A DNA stretch of 59,753 bases, filler included. It is 3 parts of 3 records of this genome, joined end to end, with 100 filler letters (N's around TTAATTAATTAA, not from the genome) between each part and the next. Parts side by side here need not be neighbours in the genome. Positions count along the whole stretch, not along the records: positions 20,565 to 37,272 come from SRR31156797_3002; positions 37,373 to 59,753 come from SRR31156797_3003; 1 more part is not named here. One strand, written 5' to 3'. Below, piece after piece: positions 30,973 to 39,037 of the stretch (its first letter is position 1; each line of letters opens with the position of its first letter). Made by a program: the position numbers and the translations under genes. The notes below the pieces were generated by a model, which was not told the DNA's origin, ran no database searches, and worked only from the letters and a program-made list of their open reading frames with translations.

Positions 30973-31372
30973 TGCAAATATTTGTTTAGATCTTCTTGAT
31001 ACGACAAGACCTACATCAAAAAAATCTATAGAGTGGTATATGGAGTATAAAGACAACACAGAGATAGATTTTTATTTTTCAGGAGATTTTATAACTACGC
31101 TTTACTATATTTTAACTCAGAAGAAAAAATATGATTCAAAAGAGACATTAAAAGCTATAGATGCATTGAGTGTGGAGATATCACCTTTGTATATTATTCA
31201 TGATGATTTTCTCAATGCAAAAAGTCAGTTTTTTGATAAAGTATGTGATGATTTTGAAGACTTGATTATTTTAAATAGTGCTAAGAGAATAGATTGTAAG
31301 AAATTTATTACCAACGATAAAAAACTTCTTCAACTATCTCAGTTAGAAAGTTTACAAATAGTATCACCATAA
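30956..31372 (+). CDS. vapC: PIN-domain (VapC-like) toxin
   Basis: MKVFLDANI.LD, DFED, FITND..L acidic PIN signature. Confidence 0.88.
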   Translation: MKVFLDANICLDLLDTTRPTSKKSIEWYMEYKDNTEIDFYFSGDFITTLYYILTQKKKYDSKETLKAIDALSVEISPLYIIHDDFLNAKSQFFDKVCDDFEDLIILNSAKRIDCKKFITNDKKLLQLSQLESLQIVSP

Positions 31373-31408
31373 AGTATAGTAAATACTATTTTAAAAAGAC
31401 TTACTTCC

Positions 31409-32248
31409 TTATTTCACTTTATACCCAATAACCCTATTATCAAAAAAAGTAGGACTATACAACATATTTGATTCCATATCATACCAAATATCCGCAGAGT
31501 TTATTTTTTCATTTGTTCCATCTATGATCTTTGTACTAGCAGTTTTACTAGAGATAAAAACTCTTCCTGCCCAATCTGAACTAATATAACTATTCTCATC
31601 AAATGGTAATATCCCATCGATTCCATTTGTCCCAATATTCTCAGCAAAGGTGCTTAACTGTTTTGAATCAAGTTTTGCTTTATAAATGATCCCGCTTTTT
31701 GTACCAATCACAAGTGAATCACCTTGTACCCAAAGTCCATTTGGTCTTTGATCTAGTAGATTTCCACTTCCCATCCATTTAGTTAGCTTTTTATTTTCTA
31801 ATTTATAGATCGCTTTATTTGCACCTGAGAAGTCTGAAACAAATACAGTTCCATCTTTTGTTACAGCTACATCATTTAAAAACTTTGCTTCTTTTACATG
31901 ATAGCTTTCTACTAGTTTTCCAGAGTTTAGATCGATCACTCTTAGATCATCTATATCACTCACATAAAGCTTATTATTATATATTGCCATCCCTTTTGGG
32001 GCATCAAGTCCATCTGCAAAGTGAAGAGTTTTTACTGTTCCATCAAGATTTAAAATAGAGATAAAACCATTTCCATCTACGTCTGTTGGTTTTCCATTGA
32101 TATTGGCTACAAAAAGTTGATTATTCTTTTTATCTAGTAGTACACTCTCAGGTACTTTAAGTACTGGTTCACTCTCCCATACTTTTGTTACTTCTACTGC
32201 ATTTGCAGTATAAACTAGAGCTGCTGATAGTAATAGTTTTTTGATCAT
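31409..32248 (-). CDS. Secreted SMP-30/gluconolactonase-like beta-propeller protein
   Basis: Signal peptide; PESV, APKGM, FLNDVA, PNGL, DGI, ADI blade motifs; GGAGG RBS before ATG 32248. Confidence 0.82.
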   Translation of the reverse strand: MIKKLLLSAALVYTANAVEVTKVWESEPVLKVPESVLLDKKNNQLFVANINGKPTDVDGNGFISILNLDGTVKTLHFADGLDAPKGMAIYNNKLYVSDIDDLRVIDLNSGKLVESYHVKEAKFLNDVAVTKDGTVFVSDFSGANKAIYKLENKKLTKWMGSGNLLDQRPNGLWVQGDSLVIGTKSGIIYKAKLDSKQLSTFAENIGTNGIDGILPFDENSYISSDWAGRVFISSKTASTKIIDGTNEKINSADIWYDMESNMLYSPTFFDNRVIGYKVK

Positions 32249-32376
32249 CTTTTCCTCCAATTATGTTTAGTCATAAGTTTTTGTAATATAAATTCTATCA
32301 CAAAAAATTTAAATAAACATATGGTAAGTGATAACTTGCTATACTCCCGAAATATTACACTCTCAAGGATAGAATT

Positions 32377-32988
32377 ATGATCAAGCATATTGTACTTTTT
32401 AAATTACCTGAAAATTTTGCAGGGAAAGATCTTTTAGTGGAAAAGTTATCAAACCTTAAAGATGAAATAGAGTTTATAAAAGCTTTAGAAGTAGGTGTCA
32501 ACTTTAGTGATAGTGAAAGAGCATATGACGTTTCTTTAACAGTTGTTGTGCCAGACAAAGAATCATTAGCATTGTATTCTACACATGAAAAGCATCTTCC
32601 TGTAGTTGAATTTATCAAATCAAATGGTATTGAAACAAAAGTGGTTGATTATGAGATTGCAAAACAAGGTGAAAATGAATTTGGAAATGCAACTATTACA
32701 AAAAAAGCAAACCAATATTTTGATGGGCAAGTGACAAGTAGAACAGTGATTGATGCTGATGGTACTAGAAAAACTCTTGGTATTATGATGCCTGGAAGTT
32801 ATGTATTTAATACAGTTGATGCTGAACATATGGAGATCTTAGCTGGTGAAGTAGAAGTAGAACTTCATGGAGAAGAGACAAACTGTGAAGTTATCAAAGG
32901 TGGAGAGTACTTTGAAGTTCCTGCAAATAGTGCTTTTGATATTAAAGTAAATACTGTGACAGATTACTGTTGTACCTATATAAAGTAG
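32377..32988 (+). CDS. Fusion: Dabb stress-responsive A/B barrel + PpnP (DUF1255) nucleoside phosphorylase
   Basis: MIKHIVLFK...Y..H..H....VDYE (Dabb) then KAN.YFDG.VTSR...TLG+M.PG.Y.F.T...E.M.I..G...F.VPANS.F...DY.C.Y (PpnP). Confidence 0.85.
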   Translation: MIKHIVLFKLPENFAGKDLLVEKLSNLKDEIEFIKALEVGVNFSDSERAYDVSLTVVVPDKESLALYSTHEKHLPVVEFIKSNGIETKVVDYEIAKQGENEFGNATITKKANQYFDGQVTSRTVIDADGTRKTLGIMMPGSYVFNTVDAEHMEILAGEVEVELHGEETNCEVIKGGEYFEVPANSAFDIKVNTVTDYCCTYIK

Positions 32989-32992
32989 TTGT

Positions 32993-33307
32993 ATGGAAGA
33001 AAATAAAGATATAAAACAAAAAGAGATTCCAAAGCATAGAGATAAACTTGAAGCATTAGATAATATGTCTTTAGGTATCTCTATAGTTGTTGCTATTGCA
33101 CTTGGGGTTGGTCTTGGACTTTTATTAAAAAGCTGGACAGGATACACATGGACTTTATGGCTTGGTGTATTTTATGGAGTAGCAGCAGCTATTTTAAATG
33201 TATACAAAGCCTATAAAAAAGCAAAAAAAGATCTTGATAAATTAGCAGATGATCCAAAATATGCTCATCTCAAAAAAAGTGGCTATAAAGACGACGATGA
33301 CGACTAA
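32993..33307 (+). CDS. AtpZ/AtpI (ATPase gene 1)-like two-TM protein
   Basis: SLGISIVVAI.LG...G; W.LW.G...G+AAAILNVYKAYK. Confidence 0.8.
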   Translation: MEENKDIKQKEIPKHRDKLEALDNMSLGISIVVAIALGVGLGLLLKSWTGYTWTLWLGVFYGVAAAILNVYKAYKKAKKDLDKLADDPKYAHLKKSGYKDDDDD

Positions 33308-33836
33308 AAAAACACTAAGTATTTTTGTAGTTGTTGATCTTCTTGTGGTTATTCTTTGTTTGCTTCTAGGAGAAACGAATTGGGTCTTAAATACACAAAT
33401 TGCATTTTTTAGCTCACTTTTAGTTACAAGTGCTTCATACTTAGGGTATAAGAAAAATATACTAAAAAGAGTCGATGGTCATGTAAATGAAGATGATGAC
33501 TATGATGAACTAGATAAGATGGATGATAGTTATGATCTTTACTCTCCTGATACTCCTCAAACAGAAGTAAAAACTGAGCTTACAAAAGAAGAGATCAAAG
33601 AGGAGATCAAAAAAAACAAAGAGGCTCTAAAGAAAAACAATACCAAAAACTTTATTGGAGCTTTTGGTGCTATGACCTCTTTTTATAGAATAGGGGGCTA
33701 TGCTCTTCTTATCATAGGATTTTTCTTTTTAAATAATAATGGTTATTTGGAAGTGATACCATATATTTTAGGGTTTTTAATAGTTCCTATTAGTGCTTTA
33801 ATTTTAAATTTTACACTAAAAAATCAATCGGAATAA
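33297..33836 (+). CDS. Conserved Campylobacterota membrane protein downstream of the atpZ/I-like gene
   Basis: Four TM segments, N.Q+AF.SS..+..ASY, acidic loop D.YDLY, R+.GY; start taken at overlapping ATG 33297. Confidence 0.75.
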   Translation: MTTKKTLSIFVVVDLLVVILCLLLGETNWVLNTQIAFFSSLLVTSASYLGYKKNILKRVDGHVNEDDDYDELDKMDDSYDLYSPDTPQTEVKTELTKEEIKEEIKKNKEALKKNNTKNFIGAFGAMTSFYRIGGYALLIIGFFFLNNNGYLEVIPYILGFLIVPISALILNFTLKNQSE

Positions 33837-34390
33837 TATCCATATTTAAATCCCTTATCCTCTTTGTATTTATCAAGTTTATATTCACTATAGACTTTTT
33901 TACATTGAGGTAAGTTTTCTTTTATCCCTATACGAGCTAGTTTAGCAGCTCTTCCAAAGTTAAACATCACTCCATAACCATTTGCATACATATAACTCAA
34001 ATTACACACTGCTGGAATATACTTATTTTTAAAATAAGCATATTCAAACCATTTCACCGCTTCTTTATAGTCTTTTTCTATTCCCCAGCCATATAATAAA
34101 AAAAGACCTACTTTATTTTGTGCTTGTGGGTAATTGTTTGTAGCTGCTTTTAGAAAAAGAGGATAAGCTTTTTTATAGTTTTTTTCTTTTGCATAGATAG
34201 TGGCAAGATTATATGTAGCTTTTTCATTTCCATAATCTGATGATATTTGAAAATATTGTTTTGCTTTTTCCATATTATTTTGATAAAAATAGTTTTTCCC
34301 AAGTTCAAAATATTCTATTTTAGGGTTATTTTTTTGTGTATCTGCCATTATATAAGTGAATAGTAAAATTATAAAAAAAAAGTTTTTTAT
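33824..34390 (-). CDS. Sel1-repeat secreted protein (start uncertain: ATA 34390, ATG 34348, or frameshifted ATG 34397)
   Basis: A.YNLA.IY, AQ..VG....G.G+.KD..EA.KWF..A, A..NL..MY..G.GV; signal peptide encoded in frame upstream of ATG 34348. Confidence 0.8.
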   Translation of the reverse strand: MKNFFFIILLFTYIMADTQKNNPKIEYFELGKNYFYQNNMEKAKQYFQISSDYGNEKATYNLATIYAKEKNYKKAYPLFLKAATNNYPQAQNKVGLFLLYGWGIEKDYKEAVKWFEYAYFKNKYIPAVCNLSYMYANGYGVMFNFGRAAKLARIGIKENLPQCKKVYSEYKLDKYKEDKGFKYGYYSD

Positions 34391-34448
34391 TTTTCATCCT
34401 TTTTTGGTTTTCTTAAATAAATTTTACTCTAAATTTCATAAAAAAAAG

Positions 34449-34731
34449 TTTTTCACATCTTTAAATTTTGCCATGGGAAAAACTATTCACAGGCTATATT
34501 TTATCGGCTTTATATAGCCCTTGAAAAGTTTTCTTTAGACTAGTTTAAATTACAAGAAGAAAGTGCTATAAACACTTTAAATAAAGGATTTGTTGATGTC
34601 AATAGGATAAAAAGTTACAAAAAAATTCCGTTTAATTTTAAAGAAAATTTAACCAGTTTTTCATAAAAAATTAAGGTTAAAATTTGATGTGAATTAAATG
34701 TGAATAAGTCAAAATTGAGCTACTATTCACT
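34449..34731. promoter_or_regulatory. Cluster of DnaA-box-like 9-mers
   Basis: TTTTTCACA 34449, CTATTCACA 34483, TGTGAATTA 34688, TGTGAATAA 34699, CTATTCACT 34723. Confidence 0.6.
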
Positions 34732-36541
34732 AATCCCTTTTACTAAGGTGTTCAACTAACTTTTTTGCATCAGTTTTATTTAAAACTTCAGATATTTGAT
34801 CTTCAGATGCAGTAGAAATATTTTCAAAAGTCCCAAAAAAGTCTAATAGTTTTTTGATCTTTGCTTCACCGATTCCTTGAACCTGTAAAAGAGAGATTTG
34901 TTTATCTTCACGTCGTTTTTGTTTCTTATGAAAACCTATGGCAGTTCGATGAGCTTCATCTCGAAGCTTTTGGAAAAAGTGCAGTCTTTTATCACTTGTT
35001 TCAAGTCTAAGCTTCTCATCTTTAAAATAAAGGATATCTTTAGCCTTTCCTTTTGCCCTATAAGCTTTTGCATCAACCTTCTCTTTTGAGATCGCTACCA
35101 CATCGATATCGACTCCTACACTTTCTAAGATGTTGGATGCGAGATCAAGTAAAGCTTTTCCACCATCAATGATCCACATATCAGGAGGTGGATTCTCTTC
35201 AAATCGCTCAACCCTTCGGCTTAGCATCTCACGCATCTGAGCATACTCATCATTGGCTTCTAAATTGTATAATCTATAATCATCTTTGATAAATTGGTTA
35301 CCATCAAAGGTTACCATAGATCCAACCTTTGCTTGTCCCATCATTTGGGAGTTATCAAAGCATTCATATCGTGTAGCTATTTTGTCTAAGTGAAATAGCT
35401 CTTTAATGGAGTGAAATAGAGTATAGTTTGTAGTATTTTTATCAAGTTTAAGTAGCTCAGTACAGTTTGCTTTTGCCGTACCGATAAGCTGTTTTTTTAG
35501 TCCTCTTTGCGGTAGGGTAATAGAGATATTCTTTTCATATTTCCCTTTTAAAAACTCTTGTAGTTCATCTATATTTTCTATCTCATCAGCGATATAAATA
35601 TTTTTTGGGATTTGTGGAAGTTCATTGTTATAGTAGTTTACTATAGCCATCTTGTAGATCTCATCATATGAGGTGATATCTGTGGTATTAAGATAGTTAT
35701 GTACCGTAGAGACAATCTTCCCTCCACGAACAAACATCTTGATTACCACACCTTTTGTTTCATCTATTAAAGCTCCAAAAAGATCAAAGTCTTCATCGTT
35801 TGCAAAGTCTATAGTTGATTTTAGTTGAGATTTTTCAATAGATTGGATTCTATCACGAAGCTGCATTGCTTCTTCAAAACGAAGCTGTTCTGAATACTGA
35901 AGTATCTTTTCATGAAGAAGTTCTATGATCTTCTCTTTATTATTGATATATAAAACCGCTTCTTCCAAAAGAGTATGATACTTCTCTTTTGTCACTTTCC
36001 TCTCACATGGAGCTAGGCACTTTTTTATCTCATAAAAGATACAAGCCTTATTCCCTTTGGCACAAGACTTTTTTTGTACAAGAGGAAAGATCTCATAGAT
36101 ACTATCTAAAATCGCTCTAGCCCCACTACTAAAAGGCCCAAAGTATTTTATAGACTTCTTTTTCAAAATCCGTCTAGTGATGTCAAGCCTTGGAAAATCC
36201 TCACTGGTATCCACATAGATATAAGGATAGGTTTTATCATCTCTTAGTAAGATATTGTATTTTGGTTTTAGCTGTTTTATCAGCGAGTTTTCTAAGATAA
36301 GTGCATCATTTTCACTATCTACTACGATATAATGTAGATCAGCCACCTCACAAAGCATCTTATAGATTCTAGGACCAACTTGGGAAGAGGGCTGAAGTTC
36401 TGGAGTAAAACGAAAGTAGCTTTTGACCCTATTTTTTAAAACCTTTGCTTTTCCAATGTATAGAAGCTTTCCATTTTGGTCAAAATATTGATAAATCCCT
36501 GGATTACTTGGAAGATTTTGCAGTTTGCTAAGAAGTGACAA
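34730..36541 (-). CDS. uvrC: Excinuclease ABC subunit C (TTG start)
   Basis: GIY-YIG (PGIY..YIGKAK..L..RV.SYF), PKYNILLRDDKTYPY, ECFDNS, IDGG, RDEAHR.AI, HhH. Confidence 0.97.
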   Translation of the reverse strand: MSLLSKLQNLPSNPGIYQYFDQNGKLLYIGKAKVLKNRVKSYFRFTPELQPSSQVGPRIYKMLCEVADLHYIVVDSENDALILENSLIKQLKPKYNILLRDDKTYPYIYVDTSEDFPRLDITRRILKKKSIKYFGPFSSGARAILDSIYEIFPLVQKKSCAKGNKACIFYEIKKCLAPCERKVTKEKYHTLLEEAVLYINNKEKIIELLHEKILQYSEQLRFEEAMQLRDRIQSIEKSQLKSTIDFANDEDFDLFGALIDETKGVVIKMFVRGGKIVSTVHNYLNTTDITSYDEIYKMAIVNYYNNELPQIPKNIYIADEIENIDELQEFLKGKYEKNISITLPQRGLKKQLIGTAKANCTELLKLDKNTTNYTLFHSIKELFHLDKIATRYECFDNSQMMGQAKVGSMVTFDGNQFIKDDYRLYNLEANDEYAQMREMLSRRVERFEENPPPDMWIIDGGKALLDLASNILESVGVDIDVVAISKEKVDAKAYRAKGKAKDILYFKDEKLRLETSDKRLHFFQKLRDEAHRTAIGFHKKQKRREDKQISLLQVQGIGEAKIKKLLDFFGTFENISTASEDQISEVLNKTDAKKLVEHLSKRD

Positions 36542-36614
36542 TAAAAACCTTTAAGTGTATTGTTAAAAATTATTCAATATTATACTATAAATATTATAAA
36601 AATCAGGATAAATA

Positions 36615-37196
36615 ATGGCCTCACTAGAAGTAACAAATTTTCAAATAAAACCCCTCTCAAATACAAAATATGTCAACCCTATCACGATCCATTATACCCA
36701 AAACGGCAGCGATAAAACATGGGAAGCAGTCAAGTCCCACGACAGTGTGGCAGTACTTTTATACCACCAAGAAAAAGAAGCCTTTCTCTTAGTCCAACAG
36801 TTTCGACCGCCTGTATATATAAAACATAAAGAACACCCATACACCTATGAACTCTGTGCAGGGATCATAGATAAAGACTGCTCCCTAGAACAAGTAGTAA
36901 AAGAGGAGATAGAAGAGGAGTGCGGATATGAGGTGGAGCTACAAGATATCCATAAAATCAACTCCTTTTTTACCAATGTGGGGATCAGCGGAACCAAGCA
37001 GTACCTTTATTTTGCTACGATAGGAGAGGAAAATAAGATCCACGAAGGTGGTGGGATCAATGATGAAGAGATAGAACTGATCTATTTACCGCTAGATAAA
37101 GCCAAAGAGTTTATCTATGATGAAACCAAAGCAAAAACACCCGGGCTGATGTTTGCTTTTTATTGGTTTTTTGAGAATTATAAAAAAGAGAAGTAA
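36615..37196 (+). CDS. NUDIX hydrolase (NudF/NudK/NUDT14-like nucleotide-sugar pyrophosphatase)
   Basis: HDSVAVL, QFRPP, ELCAG..D......EEIEEECGY Nudix box, GGG...EEIE. Confidence 0.88.
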   Translation: MASLEVTNFQIKPLSNTKYVNPITIHYTQNGSDKTWEAVKSHDSVAVLLYHQEKEAFLLVQQFRPPVYIKHKEHPYTYELCAGIIDKDCSLEQVVKEEIEEECGYEVELQDIHKINSFFTNVGISGTKQYLYFATIGEENKIHEGGGINDEEIELIYLPLDKAKEFIYDETKAKTPGLMFAFYWFFENYKKEK

Positions 37197-37272
37197 TGAT
37201 TTTATTTTGATAAAATTTATTACTCTTATGTTAAGATTGGGCTTAAGAAATTAACTTGTTATTTAAAAACTT

Positions 37273-37372
37273 NNNNNNNNNNNNNNNNNNNNNNNNNNNN
37301 NNNNNNNNNNNNNNNNTTAATTAATTAANNNNNNNNNNNNNNNNNNNNNNNNNNNNNNNNNNNNNNNNNNNN
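37273..37372. other. Artificial contig-joining spacer
   Basis: 44 N + TTAATTAATTAA + 44 N. Confidence 0.99.
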
Positions 37373-38119
37373 TTTTGCGCCAAAATAAGCCAACTCAGCA
37401 GCCTCATCATAACTCATATGTCGAACAGGTTGAGCATCTTTGACAAATCGGGGATCATTATTGTGAAAACCATCTACATCTGACCAGATTTGAATCTCAT
37501 ATGCTCGAAGCGCAGCTCCAATTAATGTAGCTGTATAATCGCTTCCGCCTCTACTCAGATTTGTAATTTCAGAATTATAACTTCGGCATATAAAACCCTC
37601 TGTTAAATAAACCTTTGCATTAGGCGCTTTGCTCAAACAATCCAGTAATTTAGTTCCAATTTTCTCTCTGTTTGGCTCTCCATTTTCTGCTAACCACATA
37701 AAATTCAATGCTGGAATATTGACCACCTCCACACCTATAGATTCTAAGTACAAGCTCATTAGACGAACTGTCATTAGTTCTCCATAAGCGACAAACTCAT
37801 TCATGTGAATACCTTCTTCAGCCCCGAGTAACAAACGTCGAAGAGGACTCAAAAACTCATTAGAGAAATCATATTCTCTATCATCAGTTAATAATAAATA
37901 TGTTTCATTAAAATGCGCTGCAACTTGCTCCAGCTGATCATCAGCTAAATGGATGTTTCCCTGGTTGGCATTATGGTATATCTCATATAATTGATTTGTA
38001 ATACCTGACATAGCCGACAAGACCACAAATGTTGGTTCACCATTGTTTATGATATCTGCAACTCCTTTAATTCTATCTGCACTGCCAAGTGATGTTCCTC
38101 CAAATTTTAATACTCTCAT
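37373..38119 (-). CDS. lysC: Aspartate kinase (3'-truncated at contig edge)
   Basis: VLKFGGTS, VLSAMSG.T, GE, L.RGGSDYTA, IWSDVDG..NNDPR, EAAELAYFGAK. Confidence 0.93.
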
Positions 38120-38372
38120 GTTTACCTATAAATTTTATTTCAATCCAAAAATAGATTTGGTAATCATTCGCTCAAAAAAATCACAACTAAAAGAACATTT
38201 TTTCAACATTTTGTTATATTTTTAACAACAACAATCAGCTTTGAATTTTGAGTGCGGTTGTTGAGGAATATATAATTACTTAATTCGAATCCTTTTTGAA
38301 AACTTCAAAGGGGCGAAAAGTCATTCAACGTGGTATGTTTAATAAAATGTATTATCATAAAAAAAGGAAATT

Positions 38373-39035
38373 ATGATCCGTATCAACGATGCAGTAGAAG
38401 AAGTTGTAAGGGAAAAACCATTCCTGGAACAATCCCTTACCGATGGTTTAATCAATACCTCTGCCCTTGCCAGACAAATAAAGCCTCAAATTGAGAAAAG
38501 ACTAGGAAAAAAAGTTCAAACTGGTGCCATAGTTATGGCTATAAAACGTATGCCCATTCGCCCGGCCATCCACTCAAAAAGAAATCTTAATACACTTTAT
38601 GAGAATTTAAACGACCTGACTGTCCGCTCCAAGCTAACTATTTTCAATTACCAAAACAGTTCAACACTCATGTCGTGCCAGGGAAAACTGACCGAGAGAA
38701 TTCGTAAAAAAGATGATATTTTCTATACTTATTCAAGAGGGATGAATGAATCAACTTTAGTTATAAGTCATAGTATGTCTGAAACTGTTAAGGAAATCTT
38801 TAGAGATGAAAATTTAAAATGGCAAAGCGAAAATATGTCAGCTATAACTATTAAGCTGCAGCATGAAAACACGAGTACTCCGGGGCTTTATTATCAAATT
38901 TTGAAAATCTTAGCGTGGCAGAATATTAATATTTCTGAAGTTGTTTCCACCACAAACGAGTTTACACTCATCACGGAGCAAAAGAATATTAACAGTGCTT
39001 TTCAGGCCTTTTCAGAATTTCTAGAAACAAAATAG
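38373..39035 (+). CDS. N-terminal HTH-like + C-terminal ACT-like domain protein, putative amino-acid-responsive regulator
   Basis: G+IN.SALAR.I......A+.MA+.R helical motif; C-terminal TPG.Y..I...LAW.NINI.EVVST.NE ACT-like fold; no kinase motifs. Confidence 0.7.
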   Translation: MIRINDAVEEVVREKPFLEQSLTDGLINTSALARQIKPQIEKRLGKKVQTGAIVMAIKRMPIRPAIHSKRNLNTLYENLNDLTVRSKLTIFNYQNSSTLMSCQGKLTERIRKKDDIFYTYSRGMNESTLVISHSMSETVKEIFRDENLKWQSENMSAITIKLQHENTSTPGLYYQILKILAWQNINISEVVSTTNEFTLITEQKNINSAFQAFSEFLETK

Positions 39036-39037
39036 TC

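Noticed and set aside
37325..37372. C-terminal X run and stop of the lysC ORF
   Set aside because: Translation into the N spacer; the gene is truncated by the contig edge and is not a pseudogene
38120..38372. Lysine riboswitch upstream of lysC
   Set aside because: No AGAGGNGC-type L-box core or terminator on the minus strand; the hairpins rely on G-U pairs that work only on the plus strand
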